Shown here: piece by piece, positions 25,183-32,000 of the stretch
Layout: the number at the start of each line of letters is the position of its first letter
Numbering within the stretch: the stretch's first letter is position 1
NCBI GenBank assembly: GCA_030149205.1
Contig: JASBSB010000001.1
Span: 30,001 to 62,000, forward strand
DNA length: 32,000 bases
Direction: 5' to 3'
Source: Candidatus Heimdallarchaeota archaeon
Lineage (GTDB): Archaea > Asgardarchaeota > Heimdallarchaeia > Heimdallarchaeales > Kariarchaeaceae
Program-made: the position numbers and the translations under genes
The notes under the pieces: model-generated
The model's input: the letters and a program-made list of their open reading frames with translations, nothing else
What the model was told of the DNA's origin: nothing
Database searches by the model: none

Positions 25183-26238
25183 CTAGAAAATTTCATCTAA
25201 AGGTTTATTTGATGGCTTAATCATTGCCAGATTTTCAATGGTTTGTTCTTCAAGCAAAAACAGGGCAAATTGAATTTTTTGGTCCCATTCTTCTGTTAAT
25301 CCCTGAGAGGCTTTATCTAGAGCATCCATTAACGCCCATTGTGATATAAAAAATGCTAATGGATAACCACTGGGATAAAGATGTTCGAACTTAGTTTCTG
25401 AGAGTTGAAAGAATTTTTGACTGTAACCAGTTAAAAATTCAGCAATGTTTTTTGCAGTAATTTGAATATCAGAGGTAGATGCAAATTCAATAAAGAGTTC
25501 TTGCCCAAAAAATGTGCCAATATCCTCCATTCTATCAAAATTTCCTGCACTCATGAATTCAGGGTCAATAATCCACATTTTCTCTATTTGTTCATGTTTA
25601 CTAAGATTCACCATGACATTACTTTGATGAAAATCAGAAAATGCGTCACATCCCTCATTTTTCTTGCCTATGTAACGTAGGGCTTTTCCCAAACCTGTTG
25701 ATATTGCAGGTTCGTGACCTGAAGCAGCAAAATTCTTTCCAATTATCCTTGAAAAATTTTTGTAAAGGTCTCTATCCACTGTTTTTAAGGAACCACCGTG
25801 GATTATAGCCAGCAACATTCCAGCCAACATATATTTCTTTGGGACGGGTGGACTTTCATCAAAGTTAACCCCATTGATCCCCTGATAGACCATTATGGGA
25901 GGGTTGTAAGTAGTTGAATAAATGACCTTTGGAATACCAAATTCTGGGTGGGTTAAAAATCTATTCTCTAAAAGCACTGCGTTTTTTAATTCCTTTAATA
26001 CCGATACTTTATCTTCTGCAATTTTAATTGCTATAAACACTGGAAACTGATTCTTTTTTGTCTCTACAGTAACATTTGTTAAATAAACAGTTCCACTGGC
26101 ACCGGTTTTTTCTTTGACTTGTGAAATTTTAATGTTTACAATTTTCGAATTGTCATCGAAGTGAAGGAGAGCTTGCTCCCTGTAATAGAATTTGAATGTG
26201 TCTACCAGTTCAATCAGGAAGTTGTCCTCTATTTGCAT
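25183..26238 (-). CDS. Protein-kinase-like fold phosphotransferase (APH/choline kinase/Bud32-like)
   Basis: Gly loop TGASGTVY, IAIK, KELKN, LLAIIHG, catalytic loop SDFHQSNVM, IIDPE. Confidence 0.75.
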   Translation of the reverse strand: MQIEDNFLIELVDTFKFYYREQALLHFDDNSKIVNIKISQVKEKTGASGTVYLTNVTVETKKNQFPVFIAIKIAEDKVSVLKELKNAVLLENRFLTHPEFGIPKVIYSTTYNPPIMVYQGINGVNFDESPPVPKKYMLAGMLLAIIHGGSLKTVDRDLYKNFSRIIGKNFAASGHEPAISTGLGKALRYIGKKNEGCDAFSDFHQSNVMVNLSKHEQIEKMWIIDPEFMSAGNFDRMEDIGTFFGQELFIEFASTSDIQITAKNIAEFLTGYSQKFFQLSETKFEHLYPSGYPLAFFISQWALMDALDKASQGLTEEWDQKIQFALFLLEEQTIENLAMIKPSNKPLDEIF

Positions 26239-26480
26239 TCCTTAAGTTCTAAATACCTATGATGTTTTAAAGTAATCTCCAAGTATTTGATTTATCTTGA
26301 ATTATTTTGAATTTATTATTTACACAAATAAAGTTTGATTAGGACGTACATTTTCAATTAAGCAGATGAGATAGAAATCCGATTAAACTTAAATTTTTGA
26401 GATTAGAGTTTAACATCCCTTCGTTTCAAATAACATAAATTTTAATTTAGCCTTGGATTGACCTTAATAGGTCAAGATTT

Positions 26481-26750
26481 ATGAAAGCTGTCAGAGTAAT
26501 CGTAACTGGAAGAGTTCAAGGGGTATTTTTCCGTGGAAGTTGTAAGAGAGAAGCGAATAAATTGCATATAGTAGGTTGGGTGACAAACAAGCCCGATGGA
26601 ACCGTAGAGGCTATGTTTCAAGGTGATGACAAAGACGTTGACAAAATGGTTGAATGGTCAAAACATGGCCCTTCTATGGCAAAGGTAAACCATATCCTCA
26701 TTGAACCAGTATCCCCAGATTCTAAAGTAGATAAATTTAATATTGTCTGA
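26481..26750 (+). CDS. acyP: Acylphosphatase
   Basis: VTGRVQGVFFR, GWVTNKPDGTVEA, GPSMAKV; 89 aa. Confidence 0.95.
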   Translation: MKAVRVIVTGRVQGVFFRGSCKREANKLHIVGWVTNKPDGTVEAMFQGDDKDVDKMVEWSKHGPSMAKVNHILIEPVSPDSKVDKFNIV

Positions 26751-26806
26751 ATAAGATACAGGTAAATTAAACAAATTATTAATACTAGAAGCCACCTCGG
26801 GTAATC

Positions 26807-28171
26807 ATGAGTATAGAACATATTTTTAGAGCTTACGACATCAGAGGGATCTATCCAACTGATTTAAATTCTGGAATTATGCAAAAAATTGGTTCAGCTT
26901 TTGCCACCTTTTTAAAAAGGAAGGGAATAAAAGCTGTTGCTGTTGGTGGAGATATCCGAGGGACAACAGTTGAACTCAAGAATGCACTGATATTTGGAAT
27001 CCAAAAAGTTGGCTTAAAGGTTCATAGAGTTCAAACCAGTCCACTAGGCCTGGCTTTATTTGAGGCGTTTGATCATAAGTTAGGTGCGTCAGCCTTTGTT
27101 ACCGCATCTCATCTTCCACCAGAGTGGAATGGTGTAAAATTTTACTGGGGAGAAGGGGTTGGGTTTTCACCTGAAGAAAATGATGAGGTTCACACGTTAT
27201 TCTCAGACGAAAAATTTGATTTCTCAGAAAATCTTGGTGAGATAGAAGATGTTGACACTTATGAAAAGTATTTACTCTATTTGAAGTCAAAATTTCATTT
27301 TTCTAAGAGGTTCAACATAGCGGTGGACTGTGGAAACGGAGCAACTGCAGTTGTAATGCCTAATCTCTTTCAAGACCTTGATCTCAAGGTAAATTCGATC
27401 TTTGATGTACCTGATCCAACTTTCCCTAACAGACCCTCAGAGCCAAATGAAAAAACCTTACACTCACTTTCTGAATTTGTGTCAAAGGGAGAATACGACT
27501 TTGGAGCTGGATTTGATGGTGACGGTGATAGGTGTGTTTTTACCGATCAAAATGGAAAAGTCATCCCCTCAGAAAATGCAGGGCTAATAATTGGAAAATA
27601 TCTATTGAATAAATCAACAGGCAATTCAGTCATAATTAATGAAGAATGTTCGAAAATGATTGAAGATGAATTTTTAAAATTAGGTGCTCAAACAAAAAGA
27701 ATTAGGGTAGGACACTCATTTCTTTCTTTAGAAGCCAAAGATACAAAAGCAATTTGGGGGATAGAAGCAAGTGGACACGCTATTGCTCCTGAGATTTTTC
27801 TTTTTGATGATGCTTTGATTTTACCCTTACTGATGGCTAAAGCATTAGAATTTTTTGGGAAAGATTTAGCTACTTTAAACGAATCTATTCCATTTGTCTA
27901 TAAAAAACGTTATGACTTGAAATGTCCAGACGATGTAAAATTCAGGGTTGTCGACGAGGTGAAATCTACCTTTGAAAGAATGGATGGTGAAATTTCTGTT
28001 CTAGACGGAGTTGCACTTAATTTCCCCAAGGGAAGAGTCTTAGTTCGAGTATCTAACACTAGTCCAAAGGTGAGAGTAACTATTGAATCTTCTGAAGAGA
28101 GTGAATATCTACACCTTGAGAGTACTTATCTACCTATTGTAGAACAAATAATTTATACTGTTGGTGAATAG
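26807..28171 (+). CDS. Phosphomannomutase/phosphoglucomutase (alpha-D-phosphohexomutase)
   Basis: IFRAYDIRG, TASHLPPEWNG (phosphoserine loop), FDGDGDR (metal loop), GIEASGH, VRVSNT. Confidence 0.92.
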   Translation: MSIEHIFRAYDIRGIYPTDLNSGIMQKIGSAFATFLKRKGIKAVAVGGDIRGTTVELKNALIFGIQKVGLKVHRVQTSPLGLALFEAFDHKLGASAFVTASHLPPEWNGVKFYWGEGVGFSPEENDEVHTLFSDEKFDFSENLGEIEDVDTYEKYLLYLKSKFHFSKRFNIAVDCGNGATAVVMPNLFQDLDLKVNSIFDVPDPTFPNRPSEPNEKTLHSLSEFVSKGEYDFGAGFDGDGDRCVFTDQNGKVIPSENAGLIIGKYLLNKSTGNSVIINEECSKMIEDEFLKLGAQTKRIRVGHSFLSLEAKDTKAIWGIEASGHAIAPEIFLFDDALILPLLMAKALEFFGKDLATLNESIPFVYKKRYDLKCPDDVKFRVVDEVKSTFERMDGEISVLDGVALNFPKGRVLVRVSNTSPKVRVTIESSEESEYLHLESTYLPIVEQIIYTVGE

Positions 28172-28230
28172 CTGATTTAAATTTTAGAAAACTCGATAGT
28201 AACTCTAAGTATCCCATTTAGTTTTTAGCT

Positions 28231-29532
28231 TCAAAATATTTGGACAGAATAAGGTAATCCCCATTTACTTTGAAAGATTAACCAGAATGATAGCAATTGG
28301 AATATCAAACTTGTCAATATAGAAATTCCAAAAGCTATCGGATATCTCTGTTGGTTCTTTGATGTTATTTTTGACTGACCAACACCGAGCGTAAATACAA
28401 AAAAGAAGAAACTAAGAAACATCGGAATTGAGACTAGGAATAGAAAGTTTAGAGAAGAGATCTGTCTGGCTGCAAATTCACTGCTATCTGGTGTAAATCC
28501 AACAAAGACTTGATATTGATACCCAGCGATGACTTGGGCAGGTATAAGAACCAACATTGAGACACTACTTATAATCATAGTTGATTTCAAGAATTCTTTG
28601 CTTAAATTACCAGTCACAAGTCCGACGACTAATGGTTGAATCAAAAGCCAACTTAACAGTACACTTAGGTACATCAGACTAACCCCAGTCCAAATTTGAC
28701 CATGACCTACTGAAGCATCAACTGCTTGCTCCGATGAGACACTGATAACCTGAAAGTTCAAAAAATAAAAGAACCCTCTTCCATAACGAATTACTGAGTA
28801 CAGCAGAGTTGCAATTAGTGGAACACTCAATAGAAACCAACCGGGAAGAATCTCTGCATAACCCCCTCTAGTTGGCCTAAAAATAAAATCTTCAATAAAC
28901 CTTAGGAGTTTGTCAACTGTCCCAATTTTCTGTATCAAATAATAAGTAATTAAAGCAGGAACTATTAGCATTGCTGCAATGATGAGTCCAGTAATAACCA
29001 GTGTGACAGGGTTTGCAAGATTAAGCAATAATGGAGACAAAATAAATTGATCTGAGTTTATGAGGATCAAGGGGTAATAAAATGATGAGAATAACATAGC
29101 TAAGAATGGTATGCTAAGTTTAACTAGGTTAGGCTTCTTTTCAACTGTGTTATACCATATCCTTTCATTGACAATATCATCGAGAACTGGTTCAAAATCA
29201 GAGAGGATTTGCCCATCTATGGGTTTGTTTTCATATTTTGTCTGGAAGCTATTAATAATATCATTTAATAGCTCTTGAGCATCATCCTCATCCATTCGTT
29301 TATCAATTGTCAAAACAAAGAGAAGACTCTCTTGTCTTTCCTTAAATATGGTTCGAACTTCCTGCAAATCTAAGTTCTCTATTTTCTCACCTTCTGTCTC
29401 AGTGGTCATAGAATAAATTGCACTGATCAAACCTGCAGTTAAGGATACATCAGTCTCGACATTTTTTTTCCCATATTCTTTTGAAAAGTAAATGGTACCA
29501 TAAGTGGTCATGACAATGAGAGTCTTAATCAT
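28231..29532 (-). CDS. Longin-domain protein fused to an approximately 7-TM membrane domain (possibly Yip1-like)
   Basis: The N-terminal ~125 aa (TLIVMTTYGTIYFSKEY...LTAGLISAIYSM...LLFVLTID...LLNDIINSFQTKY...DFEPVLDDI) follows the longin beta-beta-alpha-beta-beta-beta-alpha-alpha pattern; seven hydrophobic segments follow. Confidence 0.75.
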   Translation of the reverse strand: MIKTLIVMTTYGTIYFSKEYGKKNVETDVSLTAGLISAIYSMTTETEGEKIENLDLQEVRTIFKERQESLLFVLTIDKRMDEDDAQELLNDIINSFQTKYENKPIDGQILSDFEPVLDDIVNERIWYNTVEKKPNLVKLSIPFLAMLFSSFYYPLILINSDQFILSPLLLNLANPVTLVITGLIIAAMLIVPALITYYLIQKIGTVDKLLRFIEDFIFRPTRGGYAEILPGWFLLSVPLIATLLYSVIRYGRGFFYFLNFQVISVSSEQAVDASVGHGQIWTGVSLMYLSVLLSWLLIQPLVVGLVTGNLSKEFLKSTMIISSVSMLVLIPAQVIAGYQYQVFVGFTPDSSEFAARQISSLNFLFLVSIPMFLSFFFFVFTLGVGQSKITSKNQQRYPIAFGISILTSLIFQLLSFWLIFQSKWGLPYSVQIF

Positions 29533-29554
29533 AGATTTTATTTTGATGAAACCT

Positions 29555-29567
29555 ATTTAAAACAATT
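29555..29567 (-). promoter_or_regulatory. Putative TATA promoter (AATTGTTTTAAAT) of the longin gene, probably giving a leaderless mRNA
   Basis: TTTTAAAT box about 25 nt upstream of ATG 29532; no SD visible. Confidence 0.45.
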
Positions 29568-29647
29568 GCCAGACATTAGAATTAAATCTTAGAAATAGTC
29601 GAATTTGAGATGAATATTAGTTTTTTTATTTAAACATGATTCAAAAA

Positions 29648-29735
29648 TGAGCTAGAAGGGATTCGAACCCTTGACCTTCGGGTATCTTTAAATGTTTAAA
29701 AGCCCGCTGCTCTAGCCAAGCTGAGCTACTAGCCC
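29648..29735 (-). tRNA. tRNA-Lys(UUU) with a 13-nt intron at 37/38 (intron 29684-29696); CCA not encoded
   Basis: Acceptor GGGCTAG/CTAGCTC, D stem GCTC/GAGC, anticodon loop CT-TTT-A, T arm AAGGG-TTCGAAT-CCCTT. BHB central helix CTTT/AAAG with 3-nt bulges; T-tract downstream. Confidence 0.95.
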
Positions 29736-29901
29736 TTGAATTCACATTATAGTGAAATGGACAAATTTTCTTTAGTAAGTTGTCTCTTAAACATTTTTAT
29801 GTTTACGTCTGTAATTCAGGTTCTTTTTGAGAAGAGTTGTATGTAGATTGACCTTTATTATAACATAAACATTTAATGTAATTTTGAATAGAGAATCTTA
29901 G

Positions 29902-31086
29902 ATGTTTGATAATCGGGTTAATCCTTCAAATTTAGAGAGTATATTTAGAGGGGCGATTAGACCAATTAAAGACATAGATTACATACCTAGTTCTGAAGCT
30001 TGTAAAAGAATCAGTGTAGACACCCTTCGTACCAAATATCCACTCCCTGAATTTGATTTTTCTCAGGTAGATGGTTATGCTTTGGGGTCTCATAGAAAGG
30101 AGTTCAATCTTATTGGTGAGGTAAAAATCGGAGAGCAAAATACCAGAACCTTAAAGGATAACGAATGTCAATGGGTACCAACTGGAGCTATGATTCCAAA
30201 AAACACATACGCAATGGTTAAAGTTGAAAATACAGAAGTTAAAGGACATACAGTTAGGTTAATTAAAGAGGTAATTGAGGGCCAGGAGATTGTCCGAGCA
30301 GGATCTGATTTCAAAGATGGTGAAATTATTGTTGAAGAAGGAAGTTTAATTTCAGAAACAAAAGTTGCGCTGCTTTCAGCGTTCGGTTTTTCATCAATCC
30401 GTGTTTTCAAAAAACCTCGTATAACTATCTTTGTAACTGGTCATGAAATTAAAAAAGTAGGTCAAAAAAAAGAAATCACAGAAGTTTATGATTCGATTTC
30501 CCCCTTGCTTAGTGTTTATGTTCAATTACTGGGTGGACAGGTAATAGACATTACATATGTTGATGAAACTGTAGAAGACCTTAGAGCTAAGTTTGCAACA
30601 TCTCTCCATTCAAGTGATTTAATTATAACAATTGGCGGCACATCAATGGGAAAGCAAGATAATGTAAAAAAGACAGTTGAATTGATTGGAGAAACAATAT
30701 TTCATGGAATTTCTCTACGACCGGGGAAACCGCTTTATTTTGGTAAAATAGAATTAACACCAGTTATTGGATTTCCAGGATTTTTTGGTTCGAGTATCAT
30801 TATGGCTAATTTTGTTCTTCCAACCCTCTTTAAAGTATTAACAGGAGTTTCAACTACGATTCCAAAAATTCAGTCTGTAGAATTAAGTAATGAAATCAAG
30901 AGCTACCAAGGTTTCGAAAGATTAATTCCAGGAACAATCAGAAGTGGAGTATTTGTCCCAACCTTTAGTACTTCATCATCGATTCGATCCATATCAGAAG
31001 CCACAGGGTTTGTTCATGTGAAACAGATAGATGGTTCACGAATACCTAAGGGTGGTTACCTAAAATTTACAGAATTCCTGTCTTAA
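29902..31086 (+). CDS. moeA: Molybdopterin molybdenumtransferase
   Basis: SQVDGYA, VPTGAMIP, IFVTGHE, TIGGTSMG, LRPGKP, GFPG. Confidence 0.9.
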   Translation: MFDNRVNPSNLESIFRGAIRPIKDIDYIPSSEACKRISVDTLRTKYPLPEFDFSQVDGYALGSHRKEFNLIGEVKIGEQNTRTLKDNECQWVPTGAMIPKNTYAMVKVENTEVKGHTVRLIKEVIEGQEIVRAGSDFKDGEIIVEEGSLISETKVALLSAFGFSSIRVFKKPRITIFVTGHEIKKVGQKKEITEVYDSISPLLSVYVQLLGGQVIDITYVDETVEDLRAKFATSLHSSDLIITIGGTSMGKQDNVKKTVELIGETIFHGISLRPGKPLYFGKIELTPVIGFPGFFGSSIIMANFVLPTLFKVLTGVSTTIPKIQSVELSNEIKSYQGFERLIPGTIRSGVFVPTFSTSSSIRSISEATGFVHVKQIDGSRIPKGGYLKFTEFLS

Positions 31087-31114
31087 CGGTTAACCAGTGT
31101 TTGATTCAAAGAAT

Positions 31115-31462
31115 CTAAAGCTCAGAAGTTCTGGTCATATCACCTATTCTGTTAGAAGGGTATAACCTTTCTGTGGTGTTCATCTCACGAAATCCAAGAT
31201 ATTTACATTTTTCGCGTACCTTTAACATGAATCTAACCATAGTATGCAAATCACCTAATTCATACACACCAGATTTTAAATCTGCGTAGGTATCGAAGCT
31301 GACACCATTTTTATCTAATATTAGAGTAAAGACAACCTGATATCTTTTCATGACAACTCTTCGATATTCCTCAGTCGATTGATCTGACACAAATTTCACA
31401 TTTAGCTCATGGAATTCGTCAATCACTTTCTCAAATTTCTCTCTCAGGGTTTTTTCAATCAC
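31115..31462 (-). CDS. Hypothetical protein
   Basis: 115-aa GTG ORF with a GAGGTG SD-like motif upstream; no family recognised. Confidence 0.6.
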   Translation of the reverse strand: MIEKTLREKFEKVIDEFHELNVKFVSDQSTEEYRRVVMKRYQVVFTLILDKNGVSFDTYADLKSGVYELGDLHTMVRFMLKVREKCKYLGFREMNTTERLYPSNRIGDMTRTSEL

Positions 31463-31583
31463 TCATTTCAACACCTCACTCAAATTTAAAAAGTCTTCAG
31501 AAGATGTTATTCATTCTGTAAACTAAGTTGTTGAGTATCGTTCTTCATTACAAAATATTTAAGCTTACAAAAGATTGATATTC

Positions 31584-32000
31584 GTGGAACTTCATTCTTC
31601 TGTCACTATCATCATCCCGACACTAAATGAGGAAGAAAATATTGAAATTTTGTTAGACAGACTTGTAAAATTATATCCCAAAATTAATATCCTTGTTGTC
31701 GATGATGGTTCTTCTGATAACACACAACAAGTTGTCAAAGAAAAATCAAAAGTAAATGATAGCATCAGGTTGATTGACAGAAGTAACAAGGAGGAGAAGG
31801 GATTAACAATTTCAATCCGGGATGGAATTTTAAATGTTGATACTAAATGGTTTATGAATATGGATGGTGATTTACAACATCCCCCAGAATCAATAAAAAT
31901 CGCCTTAGGGTGTATTTCTAATGATCCCGAGGTTATAATTGGCAGAAGAGACCATGTTGAGAATTGGCCTTTCACAAGGAAACTAATTTCATGGGGCGCT
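31584..32000 (+). CDS. GT2 glycosyltransferase, dolichol/polyprenol-phosphate mannose synthase (DPM1-like); partial, runs off the window end
   Basis: Manual translation from GTG 31584: ...VTIIIPTLNEEENI...ILVVDDGSSDNT...KGL...MNMDGDLQHPPE. Absent from the ORF track because no stop codon falls in the window. Confidence 0.9.
   Translation, partial: MELHSSVTIIIPTLNEEENIEILLDRLVKLYPKINILVVDDGSSDNTQQVVKEKSKVNDSIRLIDRSNKEEKGLTISIRDGILNVDTKWFMNMDGDLQHPPESIKIALGCISNDPEVIIGRRDHVENWPFTRKLISWGA

Noticed and set aside
29648-29900. tRNA as an integration site for a mobile element
   Set aside because: I found no duplicated tRNA 3' end, integrase or foreign cargo in the window.
1056-30410. Many short ORFs overlapping long genes (e.g. 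1350-1799, 8214-10322 set, 16412-17820 set, 27099-27587, 29932-30410)
   Set aside because: They lie antisense or out-of-frame within motif-supported genes and have no recognisable motifs or start signals.
31455-31477. SD-preceded ATG at 31466 (minus strand) giving M-S-D-stop, out of frame with the 115-aa ORF
   Set aside because: An in-frame GTG at 31462 is at a workable distance from the same SD, so no frameshift needs to be invoked.
31592-31975. 127-aa minus-strand ORF from the track
   Set aside because: It is the antisense shadow of the clear + strand GT2 glycosyltransferase.
1-32000. CRISPR array, rRNA, IS/transposase
   Set aside because: No regularly spaced direct repeats, rRNA-like segments or transposase motifs were seen.

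Overview
AT-rich, gene-dense archaeal chromosomal window. It is most likely from an Asgard archaeon (Heimdallarchaeia-like), inferred from a longin-domain protein, an Rpn11-like JAMM protein, an EMC6-like membrane protein, an AMP phosphorylase, a BHB-intron tRNA and TATA-type promoters. From left to right it contains: an ACT-domain regulator divergent from a tyrA-ask-trpE-trpG operon; a structured intergenic element; a solo PD-(D/E)XK nuclease; AMP phosphorylase; a 1037-aa membrane-anchored surface protein; a PfkB kinase; hisS; two unknown genes; an EMC6-like gene; a ~10-kb type IV pilus-like locus; acyP; a phosphohexomutase; a longin-multi-TM fusion; tRNA-Lys(UUU) with a 13-nt intron; moeA; and a partial GT2 glycosyltransferase that the ORF track missed. 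The pilus-like locus has three RSQ-type pilins, two TadC-like platform proteins and a VirB11/TadA ATPase, interleaved with a coiled-coil protein, two divergent 2-phosphoglycerate-kinase paralogues, a tail-anchored JAMM isopeptidase and a kinase-fold protein. The best candidates for new biology are the tail-anchored Rpn11-like protease inside the pilus locus and the longin/Yip1-like membrane fusion. I see no CRISPR array, rRNA or transposase. All family calls come from motif recognition by eye; no database search was run.
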